The translations under genes and the position numbers were made by a program. Shown piece after piece: positions 49,424-62,100 of a DNA stretch of 64,000 nt (positions are counted from its first letter, which is position 1; each line of letters begins with the position of its first letter). The notes below the pieces were generated by a model. That model searched no databases. It worked only from the letters and a program-made list of their open reading frames with translations, and was not told the origin of the DNA. This DNA comes from Tubulanus polymorphus (lineage: Eukaryota; Animalia; Nemertea), in NCBI RefSeq assembly GCF_964204645.1, contig NC_134025.1, forward strand, positions 21,990,299 to 22,054,298, in the 5' to 3' direction.

Positions 49424-52400
49424 TTACATGCAAGCGAACAAATCGCAAGTCTTTGAAAATTCATCAACTTGAAATGCCATCTGCATCCTCGTATTTACCA
49501 CCTCAGGCGGTTTCAAGTTGTTCAGTACATTCTCAACGGGATGCTCTTCGATAATATCCACATCGGGCCAAACGAATAAATTTTTCTTGCAGTGTTGTTC
49601 AAGAAACTGAACGGATATTACTTCTCCGAAGTCCAATATCTCTAGAATCTGCAAGCAGTTAAACATAACAATCACAGGAGAATTGTATTTTTCCTTTCAG
49701 ATAAAATAATTCAGCCGATTAATACATACCACTCCAAAGTATAAGTGCTTCCTGCGCTTCTCACCTTCCTGATAAAGGGCAATATATGAACCTTCACTAC
49801 AAAGTAAGTACCCCGGTACAAATAAATTATTCATCACTAGTGACTAGATATTTATATTTTATATTTAGAAGCGCAGCAAGTTATTTACCTTATGTTGATT
49901 TCGTAAACCATGTTGACACCACTTGTCTCAGGCACAGGATCCTGAAATTCAGAATTACACATTATAGCCATTCTCAATATGAAATTTTAATTAAACGGTT
50001 TAATTTTTGTTCAATAAACTTATATATAATTTTAGCCTACCGGTTACCGGGTACCTCAGTTACTCATATTACAAATAAACTGACGAAAGTGAACACATAT
50101 AACATATTTTTTTACTCACATGAACTACGGCTAATTTTTCCTTGTCTGGTCTTGATGGAGCCTGAACAATAAAGGAATACAAAGTATGAATATTATTTTC
50201 ATTAAATTTGCTCATTTCAAGAGATCTTTTTCAACTTACAGGATTAATGGAGCAAGTTCCATTTTGTGGTCTTGTTGAAGCCTGCAAGAGTTTTTATTAA
50301 TTATTGAATTAATTTCTTTATGATGTGTGTTTTTCACCGTTTGATATGAATCGTAGAACTGTTCTTAAACTTACCGTTGTCAAACATTTCTTTTTCCTTC
50401 TTTCTAGTTTTTCCTTTTCTTTTTGTTCTTTCAACTTCTGTTTTGAAACCGCATTTGCATATGCATCATCCGCAGTTAGAATGAAATAACGCTTATCATC
50501 GCGTTTTCTTTTCTTTTCAGTTGGCATCAGTACGGGATAATCCAGCACATCATTGTCGGGATCAGCTAAGTACATCAAAATTAATCAGTAAGTATATGCA
50601 ATTTGTTTGTAATTATATATTATTTATACTGCATATTTACATGGCGAATAAGTATTATCATTATTTTAAAAATGATCTTAACTCTTACCTGGGGATGAGT
50701 TATTTTCGATCGGGAAGCTATCGATAACTTCAGCTGATGATTTAGTTTTCAAAATTTTCCATGCTGAATACAGTGCATCATTAGTCAAGTCACAGCCTTC
50801 GGTGTATCGTTCTTCAAATTTTTTCTTCATTTCCGAGGAAATGGCTGATTCCATTGCCTTTAAGGCAATGGAATGACCATCGATAGTTATAGGCAGTGTC
50901 TACAAAATAATATGGTCAACCACTGATTGAGAAGATTATAAAACAATTCACAAATTAAAATATCTCATCCATTTGAAATCATCAATAAAATCTGCAATTA
51001 TCATTTTGAAAAGGATATATTGTGCTTGGACTTGAGAGACTGAAAAAATCAATGATCATGAAAAAGGTTAGAAACTGTAACACACAATGCAACAAACACT
51101 CGAACAGGTCATTAGTCCAAAAACAATCTAAACAAATTAAATTAATCATAAAAAAGTTGAAGTGAAATTAAATCACTATTCACACCTCACGAAATGGTTT
51201 TTCAACTGTTGTCAATACATTAGATGCAGATTCCTAAGTAAAAAGTAATGTGAAGAAAATTTTTTTTTTTCATCTTTACATTTGATAATATATATGGAAC
51301 TAGGTTCTCTTAGATATATTTTAGATTTTTGTGCAAGTTTTACGAGAAAAATACCTTCGATAATCCTGAAAATGGATCTTGCATCGTTTCAATTGTAGGA
51401 TCTGATACCTATAACCCATTATAAAAAAAAACATGTAGGTACAGTTAACCTCAATTAAGGGCAATACGGGTTACTTATTATTCAGTAACTCACCACATCA
51501 GCAACTCTTGTGCTTGATGGTAAAAAAGCTTCCTTGGGAATGATCTCGGGATTGAATGGAAAAAGACCACATGCTCGAAAACCATTTATAAGGTTCTCCG
51601 GGGTTATACTGAGCCATGTTGGTCTGAAGATCTCAAAGAAACAACTTTTGTTCACTATACGTCCCGGATTTTCGTTATGAAAATTCAAACATAGGCGATT
51701 CCATGATGCTTTCAATGTCTTAAAGCATGATCTTCAAAGAAAGTGAAACATTAATTAGTCAGTTGAGGTCTAATTTCATTGGAAGATGTATTCTTTAATA
51801 AAATCTGTAAGAAGTGTGTTTACCGATCTAAAGGTTGCAACCAATGTGAGGTATGTTCTGGTAATTCTAACAGTGTTACTCCATTTTCTCTTGCCAGCTC
51901 GACCAATTCAAGAAAATTGTGGCTGTTATGTCCATCGGATATCAAAATCTGTGGACGAGCCGCTCCAATAGCAGGTAAAAAATTTTTCTTAAACCAAATC
52001 GTTGCAATTCCCTGTTGAAATCATGAATACATGAAATTTGACAATGCTTTTCACTTCAGGAGCCTGATTCAAAATGTGACTGACAACTAATTACCTGTTT
52101 CGTCCAACCACTCTCCGATACAGAAACTGTCGTACCTGCCGGTGCGTTCATTGTGTCAACTGAGAGTAATGATGCTGCCGTCTTGCCCTTAAAAATAACG
52201 TTAGGGGCCAGCATCTGCCCAGCAGCATTTCCACATGCCATGATCGTAACTGTTTCGCGATTGCCGCTGATTCGAGATTGAACATACTTGCTCCCTTTTC
52301 TGTAAATAAGAGTTTTGAAAATAAAATTTTCATCGTTATAACGTTCATTCCTAAATCTGTTGTTTTATGACTGTGGTATTGAGTTTCTGTATCTGGATGA

Positions 52401-53161
52401 TTGCTGATAGTCGGAAATTAAAAATACTTCAACAACTCATTAGAATATTGCTGGGCTTAATAACTTGGGTTTGATAAGGGCTATTTATAGACCAACAGTT
52501 GAAGTATTTAAATGATAGGCTAATTTAGTTCAAAGCCTACCGTGCAACAATTTTTCCGGGGACATGAGAAAACTGAACGCCAGTTTCATCGAGATTCCAA
52601 ATATGCATCGGTTGAGCATTTAGCAATACTTTTGTGGCCGATCTAAAGAACATTCCAACCTTCTTAACATTCATGCACTGATGTCGGATTGCCGCAGTGC
52701 CCTCTGGCTTTCGGAGTGCAACAGTGGGGTTTCTAGTTTTAAAGCCAGCCCAGAACTGGTCACTCGGGATAATCTAAAAGTAAAATATATATACCAGTAT
52801 TAATTATAAGGGATAAACAACAACCTTTTAGTGAAAATCGTTGGCCTACCTGTTTAAATGGTGTCCCCCTTTTTAAGGCGAGATCACCCGCATATTTCAA
52901 TAGATTTCCCTTTGAAAAACCGTAACCGAGGTCTGCACGGTTTTTCGCGAAATCCGCAAGTTTTGATTCATCTGCCTCAGACAGATTCGTCGGTCGACCT
53001 AGTTTCCTTCCTGCAGGAATTTTCCCACTTATTCGGTCATGTAATGTTGATTTTGGTACGCCAAAGTTTTTTGCTGCCGATAATATTGACATCCCATTCT
53101 GAACAGCCTCAACAGCTTCACCCATTTGCACTTCTGTCCAACGCCGATACACTTTTGACAT
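49424..53161 (-). CDS. pogo-like transposase (HTH_psq + CENP-B-like HTH + DDE_1, DD35D), 14 coding exons, ~702 aa
   Basis: Exons 53161-52850, 52773-52541, 52299-52095, 52011-51824, 51731-51494, 51408-51355, 51233-51186, 50899-50689, 50565-50375, 50281-50240, 50161-50120, 49941-49889, 49796-49730, 49648-49424. Total 2109 nt, all GT-AG and phase-compatible. Motifs [15 protein letters not shown] (psq HTH), [32 protein letters not shown] (35 residues between the 2nd and 3rd D) and [12 protein letters not shown]. Confidence 0.9.
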
Positions 53162-54960
53162 ACTTAAAAATAAAAAACATTGTAAATATCATGTTGATTA
53201 TAAAAATAATAATAAAATGAATTCATTTTCTTTTATAAATAAGCCTTAATTATTTTCCTTAGTAAATATCATCACATGTTATTAGTTACAACCTGATCTC
53301 AGAATGGCATTTTCATAATTTAGGCCTACTGATAACTGTGTTATGGAGACTAGGTTATAGGCCTAGGCTCTGGGGCTAAAATGATGAATCAATTTGCATT
53401 TGTTTTCAGTATGCACTCTTTTGTGACAGTTATCTCAGAAAAAGGCCTGTTTGATGATAGACTACCGAGAAAACACACACAAATACCATCTATACATAAA
53501 TTCGGAACTTCCGAAATTACGTGAACGAGCCAGAATAACCGGGTATACGATATCCGAAATTATGTGTAGGCGAGCGAGTTTCTAAAAATCGCTGATATTT
53601 CATCAATGACCGTATTCCAATAGCGAATGAATGTTTATAAACAAACTTTTTACTTCCTAGAACTTCTTAGTAGTGTTTACATAACAGCTGGCCGCGAAAT
53701 GCCGTAAAAATGGGGCAATCAATAATGTACTTACATGACCGATTTTTATCTCCTGCTTCGCTGGTTTCGTGTGCCGGGAAGAAATGCGTACTACGTCATC
53801 AAAACGGCGCGGATTTCCGTGGAATTCCCAGGAAATACCAACCTACCTCCCCTTTTTCAAATTTAAGCTCGTCCGAATAGGTATTCCCTCTACGCGACTG
53901 CTGAGAGGCCGTAGAAGAAAACTTCCGAAATTACGTGGTCTTCCGAAATTACGTGGAGTTACCCTAATCGAAAGAAAAAGTACACGATGTTTCTCTTACA
54001 TGAGAACATACTGCACTGCGTATGCTTATTCTAAAATTAAAATGCATCAGTTTTCAGGTAAGGACGACAAAAACGTTTTCTGAAATAGGGCACCCTAAAA
54101 GTTCACATGATCTATCAACACACGCTCATTGGGCTAAGAATTATTTTTCTGTTGCGTCGATAGTTGCTGCACACGGGCGACTGATGAGTGATTTAACTGC
54201 AACTCGCAATTTTCCATTGCACTATATCGAACATGTTTGCGCTCGAAAAAAAAACTGTTCGGACCCTGTAGGCCGGAGTAGAGAATAGGCAACTAGTGGG
54301 ATACAGCTTGCGATGAGACCAGCTTGCGGCCTACCATATGCCGCCAGTTGCTGATAACCCCAGTACCTGTCACCCTGTAGTCCGACAATTGTTTGCCGTT
54401 CGTGTTCAAGAAATGCATTTAGGCTATGGATTTTAACTCACAATTTCTCATGCGGACAAGTACAAAGGGAAATAGACAGTTCATCATAGGCCCAATTTAT
54501 TCACTTGATATGAAATTCATTAAAGTAAACATCTGTGGGTCGGAACTCAAGCAGTCATCCTAGTGCGCAGAGATAACTAAATTCACCATATCATATCGCA
54601 TTTTGTTCGGTTAATATCTTACGTGTTTGGCCAAAATCCCAGTTATGAATGGAAAATAACGTATTAGTATACATATACATGTATATAAATGATATATAGA
54701 CACTTGTGAAAATCTCTTTTGAGATTATTCAAAAGTTGTAACCTAGTTATGTCCATTTAGGAATTCCATACAACCTAACGCCAACCCTAACCTATAGCCT
54801 AAATCATACCCTACACCTAACCCTAAAATCTTATTCAGACCTTTTTACTGATCGTAATTGAAGACATCTATTTCTAGAAATATATATATTGGGAAAACAG
54901 TGTTTACTAGAATGATGTCAAGTTTGGCAAAACATCCACTTTCTTATTCATTTGGGTTTT

Positions 54961-55424
54961 CAGGCACGGATCCAGACAGATACAGACGGATGCAGCACGT
55001 GCGGTAGTCGCAGTTTTTAAATGCCCTTGAAAAATTTATGTTTTGGGAAAAAAGTAAAGGGCACACAATTTGTGCGCCATAGAAAATAATTGCCTTTCTG
55101 TACTAGGCCTAAAGCAAAATGTGAATGATATAAATTGCCCAAAATCATAAAAGGCAATCTAAGACATTTTTTTTTACTCAAAAGGGGCACTATTCTAAAA
55201 GAAACATTATTGTTGCTCTATAAATTTAATCGAAAAAGGGCAAATTTCGCCAAAAATCTAAAAAAGGCACAAGCAAATTGAATGTGAAGGCAAATTTAGT
55301 GGCATGATACCAATGAATGGCACTCAAACTCAAACTCGCTTGCTGGGCATTAAGGGCCCTTTTCAAAGTTGGTGCCCTTTCTTCACTGTGCTATAGTCAC
55401 TGTATGGCCCTGGATCCGCGCCTG
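54961..55424. mobile_element. ~460-bp non-autonomous TIR element with internal AAGGGCA repeats
   Basis: CAGGCACGGATCCAG ... CTGGATCCGCGCCTG 15-bp inverted termini with 1 mismatch. No clean TSD seen. Confidence 0.7.
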
Positions 55425-56564
55425 GATTTTTCACTTGAAATGGGTAGTTTTAGGTCACCTTCCTATTTTACTTATGTTGTGCTAATATCAGTATTACTAT
55501 TACTTAGGATTAGATTATGTTTAGGTTCATAAGCACCATAAGGGACACCTAAACTACAATTACTTCGCGTGATTTTTTGTTATTTTGGAGGTCAAAGATT
55601 TTGACATTGGATTGCCTTTTTACTTTCCTTTTATTTTAACTTACCTTCGACATGTTTCGGACTATTTAACAGTGATCTGGTCGAGGGAAATTCTGTTCTC
55701 AATGTCAGATATCAGTCATTGATGCCTGGTATTTAACAGCAATCGGTATTTATTGTAGAATCGGTTGATATCGACAAATTACAGGTGTAAAGATGACAAA
55801 AAAAGGAACTGAAAAAACTCCAGACTCCTTGACATAGAATGTCAACTATGTATAGATGCAGCTGTAATTAAAATGTCAGTCGATTGCCAGTGTAGGAATT
55901 AAGTCCGGTTCCGCATTATTTACTTCACACTGTCGGGTACACCGGCGGGGCCTCTAGAATTCGTGAAAACATTTTAGTTATCTCATATAATAATAGAACA
56001 TTCGAATTGAGAATACTTTTCTCTCTGTCTCCAGTCCGAATACAACCAGCTTAAATACTAATATATAGACTATTCTCAGTGTCTTCAATGGCTAATCTGT
56101 AAAAAAACAGTGGTTTCTCATGTTTGCTTGAAGCCGAATATGTTTCTTTCTGTCAACCAGCTAGAATATTCTCCAATGCTGCCTAAATAATTATTGAGGA
56201 AAACTAGGGTTTGCCAGAAGTGACCTGAGAGGGTCTGATGACACAGCAGCAGTAGATGTGGAACAACACGCTTCCAAACAAAAGCCAGGGCCGTAGTGAT
56301 GTTGGTCATTGACAGTGGATACGCTATTCGAACAAGACACTTCTTCAATGCAAGGACACTAAAATTTCCCATGAAAAATGTCTAGCGAAGACTGGAAACT
56401 ATCTGCGTTCAACAGCTTGATGTCAGATACACACAACTTCATAAATGAAGATAGACATATCCGGTATAAAGAAACTCTATTTCTTAATTCTATTTATTTC
56501 AAACAAAAAATACACAATAATGAATTTGCGGCACACGGTTGCTAAAAATTAAATGAACCATCAA

Positions 56565-58796
56565 TCACCACACTCTTTTAATTCCAACAGCATAATCATA
56601 AAGTTTGGTATTTGTAAAAGTACCAGATTTGTCTATGAGGAAAAACATATAACGGTCTTTTATTTTCATAGCTATTTGATTTTCCTTGCCGATCCGCGAA
56701 TGTAAACAAGTCACGTGCTCCAACGGCACCGTCATCGTTCTTTTTCTTGCCGCGAACGAGTACGTTTCGATCATCACAGACTTTCCTCCTTTCAACAAAT
56801 AAAGTCGGTGTATAGTCCTCAAAGGATAGATAATGCTTATCGCGAGACAAATGTAACCTAAATAAGAACAATAAGTTATAATATAAGTTACGACAATCAC
56901 TTTCGAAACCATGCATTTTCCAATTCATGTGGGTCAGATTTCGTTGCCTAACTCCCCCAGTCAGCAAATATGGTAGAGTTATTCTTCATAATGCTACTAG
57001 TGTTGGGACCAATGGAAAACATAGCGTTATAAAGAATGATATTTTCATCGAATTTGTGTTGGATCGGGCAAATGTGTTATCTGAAAAATGTTGCCAATAA
57101 GTGAGCAATGGCATTAAAAAGATGGTGTAATAACGAACTTTTTACTGTATATAAGCATTAGCCTATTACATAAATGGAAGAAATTTCAAGACCACCTCTA
57201 GAATATGTCATAAATGGTAGACAATTTCAAAACTACAAGTATTGTGATTAACAGATCATTAGTACCTAAAAATCTCAGTACTGGTATTGATCTTAAGCCA
57301 TGTGTCGAACAAAATATGTCATTGACCTAAAATGAGTATCGCACCAGCTGGTTATTAAGAGCCAGGTTTGTCTAAATGTTCATTTCATGTTTAAATGCTT
57401 AATCGATTTCCCATTTAAAACAACTCAATTGGTAAAATTATGTCATTGCATATACATGTACAGTCACGTACTACAGTCAACGGGTGCTTAAGGTGATTCA
57501 CTGAAAGTAACCACAAACGACCTCATATGTTGTTTTTCTGGAAATCGGTAACATTTTTAAGGACAAGCTATCTTGTAGTTTCATTTTCCAGAGGTGCAGT
57601 CTTACAGTGGAACCTTGTTGTAATGAACTCAATGCAACGATTCATCAGACTATAACAACTATAGAATTTCGTCCCAAGTAAGACAATTCCACTAATTTCA
57701 TACTGGATATAACGATTTATCGGTTATAGCTAACATATGAACTTGTCCCGTGAAGTTCACTGTAACGAGGCTCCACTGTAAACCCCACTTAATCCAGATC
57801 ATCATTTCTGGTCCAGGAGACAGAGACTTTTTTTTCTTTGAATATCACGTTTTTGAAGAAATTAAGTCTATTCGCCACGGCAATATTTAGAACCTGTTCA
57901 AAATTGGCATTTGGCCGCAGCAATAAAAAATTGCTTCCAACGTACCTGGGAGAAATCTGGATTATTAATCATTTATGTTCCAACTAACAGCGTCTGGTTT
58001 AGAGCAAAATCTGAATAGCCTAAAGTATATCTTACTAACATCGGAAACTAATTTGAAGGATCACCATTCATAATACAGTATCAATCAACAAAAATTTTGA
58101 TGAATATCCGTACTGAAATTACAGATTTATCTTACCTAGCGATAAGCACAATCCAGTTATACCATTGCGATACATGTTTTTGCCCAAATTGATTTTCTTC
58201 CACCAAGGAAGGCTGTCTTGATCGGCGCTGGAGGTTTCGAGGCTGGGGGTTGAATTGACATCTATCAAGTTATTATACGAAAAATGCGCCAGATACATCC
58301 AGAATATGAATTGCGCAATACCGAACAATCCTAATACTTTGTATAGTCGTTCGTTATCGTAACGGAATAGGAGAACATCTTGGCTGACATTAGGATCGAT
58401 TTCGAAAGGAGCTTTGCCCGTCATTCTTCTTTTAGTTGCTGAACCGATAGTAGCGTAAATGCTCTTTCCATTATTGATGGGCGAAAAAAATCCAAAATTC
58501 ATCTTCCGTGGTATGCTTCCCGAAATGAACATTAATCTGTTAGTGATTCCAGCAATAGTTTTACTGGAAAATTTTTGGTTGTTTATAGTATGAAAAGAAT
58601 TACGACTAACATCTTTAGCAACAAAAACAGTCTCCAATTTAGACAAGAAAAGCTGACCCCGCTGGATACACTGTGGTGGTGGTGAATGAACCACAGCAGA
58701 GCCAAAAGAGTTTATTTGGGTGCTGCCAATTTTTGTGAAAACTTGATTCCGTCTTATCAAGTTTACAGAACAATGTAGTAGTAGGTTCCCGGACAT
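56565..58796 (-). CDS. TMEM223: Transmembrane protein 223 (mitochondrial), 2 exons
   Basis: Exons 58796-58136 and 56857-56565 (phase 1). Motifs VSQDVLLFRYDNERLYKVLGLFGIAQFIFWMYLA, LRTIHRLYLLKGGKSVMIETY and FFLIDKSGTFTNTKLYDYAVG match recalled TMEM223. Confidence 0.85.
57605..57778. mobile_element. Tc1/mariner-pogo (Tigger-like) MITE in the TMEM223 intron
   Basis: TA|CAGTGGAACCTTGTTGTAATGAACT ... AGTTCACTGTAACGAGGCTCCACTG|TA, with TIRs and a TA TSD. Confidence 0.75.
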
Positions 58797-59196
58797 TATG
58801 ATAGCTACTTTTAATGGGTTTTAAGCGCTTTAAAGTGTCGTGAAATCAGTTTTCGTGAAATCAGTGGGCGCGGCCATATTGGGTACCTGTAACTTTGTAA
58901 CAACTACGCGAAAAGATGTTTAGTAGAGTTTTAGATATTAGCCATTGAAGAACAATTTAGATCAATTTGAGGTATTTATAATCATGATTAACTTATGCAT
59001 TTCATAAACTATCTAATCGAATAGACGAACTCTCGTTAATCTACACGAAAGAAAGCTTCCTATATTCCTCTACAGTCCATTATCCGGCAAATAGTTCTCT
59101 GTGGTTGCAAGGCACCGAACGCCAAGGTTAAGGCGACAGCCCCAATTTTTCATTTACCAAGTAGTACCTGTCACATAAAATTATAGAAGAAAAACC
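58797..59196. promoter_or_regulatory. Putative bidirectional promoter TMEM223/PPP1R21
   Basis: 400 bp between the divergent ATGs. Contains GCGGCCATATT (YY1-like, ~58869) and a duplicated TCGTGAAATCAGT. Confidence 0.55.
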
Positions 59197-62100
59197 ATGT
59201 CCGATCTACCTGGAAAGTATCAAAAGCTGGCAACTGAATATTCTAAGGTTGGTTGATTTATTATACTTACTGCATGTTTGTATGTAATTCAGGATATTTG
59301 TGACTTGTGTAGTAAATTAAAGATTTAAGACTTGGACTAACTAAGTCTAAGTAGTAGTAGATTTCTTTTTTTGTGTTGTGGGTCCTCCCCCTGCCAGTGC
59401 CAGAGATTCGAACCTGAGGGCCTCACTTCACCAAGCCATGGCATGAATTCCTCCCACACATAAGACTGGGCGCGCAGGTTTGCCGCATGAAAAACTTGCT
59501 GCACCAATCAGATTGCTTGTTAATCGCTGATAAATATGAGGCGAATTTCACGGAAGAATGACATCATCTAAGCTTCGCACTCGGTCTAGTGTGGCAGGGT
59601 TTCATACCATAGTCTCGATAATAATAATCTTTTAATACTGGAAAAATAAGTGGTAGGCCTAATCCACGAGGGATACATATTCTTGTTCTCCATCATAGGG
59701 CCCTACGCCATTTATCTATGAAATTACCCAAGTTCCAAAAATGAATTTACCCATGATACAATGGGCGTCCCTCGTCTCACTATACTATAGGCCTACAGAA
59801 AGGCAGGAAACAATCCTATCACTGTAATGCTTAGTTTAAGTCACCCGTTTAAGTCAGGACAGCTCGTACCTGCGCTTTTCGATCCAAATGAATGGCGACT
59901 TATGAATATAGAGGCCTGATTTTGTGATTTGCAGACAAGCTGTAGCTTACTGGCTCCTACTATGCCATTGTTCGTTATTGACGTTTGTGGTTTTTTTTTA
60001 TTTCTCCCTCAACTAGTTAAGAGCACAAATACCAGTTTTAAAGAAGGCTGTAATTGAAGAACAAGGAAAAGCTGAAGAACTGAAGGTAACCTTTTAAGAC
60101 TTTGCAATATCTTTTTATCTCAGACTGGTAATCGTTTGTGGTCTTACTGCTGAGTAAAGTGTTTAGGTTAGTTTATATTCCAAAGTTGCACTAGTATTAG
60201 GCCTACTAAGTTATGGTTAGCCTACTGAGCTGAATCACGCAGATCCAAGTGCCAGATATACCGGTATCGATCTATCATATTTGGCGGTTCAATTTTGCGG
60301 AGATTGCATCATTTGATAGTAGATTTTCATTAAAAACCTATGTTTTTTCTATGGTGCCTGCTTGAGCTGCTCCAGTTAGTTTCCTTATCATCAGTGGTGT
60401 GGTAAGCTTTGATAATCGGGTGGACTATGCCAACTGGAGTTTTGTGAAAATACCTGATTCTAAAACTAAACCACAGACTGACTAAAGCTCCCCCCAGCTC
60501 ACGGGCCTATTTGTAATTACTTATCTAAACCTACTCTAAGAAGAGTCCTGAACAAGCCAGATTTTCCTTTAGTAAAAAATGGAAACAATTATTTCATCAT
60601 TTTTCCTTTCAGGATAGCATAAAAAGCAAAGATCAATCTATTCGCAAATATGAGCAAGAAATTGATAGTTTATCATTCCGTAACCAGCAACTTTCAAAAC
60701 GCGTGCTGGTGCTACAAGATGAATTGGAAGAATCGCAAAGTAAAGGAAAAAAGGGGAAGGTATAACAACTTAAAAGCTTATTTTAGATAGGCCTAAATTT
60801 TTCCATAAAAATTTTTCATAAAATTTGTGTTTATCAGACTCCTCCAAACTAAATACTGACTAAGTCAGTACCTACCATAGACTGTTTATGTTTATATTTT
60901 ATCATATTTTCTGTATCCCTGTGTGACAATGCTGAACAGACTTCGACACCTAAAACTCTATTGACTTTAAAATTATGTTTCATTGATTTCCAGCATAAAA
61001 ACTCCGACCCTCCGCCCATGGGCTTTCCTGCAGACACATCAGTTATTGGACAAGAGTTACAGAGTAAAATTGAAGAAAATGCAAGACTCCACAAACAGGT
61101 AGGCCTACATAAGCGATTATATACATGCATGTGTACTCTATATAGGTAATGCATAGTACATGCATAGGTTAGAAAGGCATGATAACCAGGTCACTAATGA
61201 TATTCTCTAACTGTTCCCGATTTCTCATTTCTAAATCAAGAGTAAATTTGGTAATATTTTTAGGTGTACGAATCTGATCAGGAGTATAAACAAGTCGTCG
61301 ACGAATTACGAGATCGACAAAGCATCCTCGAACGAGAAACGAGCACGCATCAAGAAGTCATTAGGTCAATGGTCGAAAAACACAAATCCACCGTCGACAA
61401 ATTACAGGAAGAAAAAGCGATGTTAGAGGTGCGTGTTCGTGACCGATGGTTCAGGAAAAGTTATTTTCAGTTCATGTCGATGTCATGTTATTTTGAATTT
61501 TATTTGAAATGCACGATTTCGTTCGTACAGGTAAAATACCAAGCCCAAGACAAGGAAGTGAGAGAATGTAAATTGCGTGCTGAATTAGCGTACGTTTTCT
61601 ATTGTTTATTATTTAATATTACCGTCGTCATTTGAACTCCATAATGCATTCGTCAGGGTGGCCACTTACGGGTAACTGGAATATTTTGAGATTTCTATAT
61701 CGTGCGTAAAATCGAACAGTTTCCGTCTCTGTTGTACGTTTGACTGTGTTAATTCATTTAATTCTTTCCGGATCGAGTCAGGGAAAATAACCTGCATGTC
61801 AGAAAAAAGTCAGGGACTCAAATAAAAGTGGCCACCCAGTCTGTACACCGATTCACGTACGATGCTTTTTCTTGTTTTAAATATGCACAGTGAGCAACGG
61901 TTGGAACAAGTGCAAAGAGAGCTGCAAACAAAATTAGGAGTCGCTTCGAAAATCATCCGAGATAAATTGCCCTTCAATGATACTCGTAAGTGCGTAACGA
62001 GGAGCCTTGAACGCTACTGTGGTGATCAAGGAATTACTGGGCTCAGTTTCACGAAAAAGTTTAAGCCTAAAACGGTTAAGTTTGAATTGTTGTCCTCATT

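Larger units (their letters stand above)
48480..53964 (-). mobile_element. Full-length pogo-superfamily (DD35D) DNA transposon, 5485 bp
   Basis: Perfect 25-bp TIR GGGTAACTCCACGTAATTTCGGAAG at 48480-48504 with its reverse complement ending at 53964. TA flanks both sides (48478-79, 53965-66). Subterminal (C/T)xxAATTTCGGAA-like repeats occur inside both ends. Contains a transposase gene. Confidence 0.95.

Noticed and set aside
50940-51040. Possible extra transposase exon after a TTTTTTCAG acceptor
   Set aside because: Stops appear in all frames and there is no good donor. The flanking exons join in phase without it.
54770-54826. Telomere-like CCTAAC/CCCTAA repeats
   Set aside because: Short and degenerate; no true telomeric array and no clear element boundaries.
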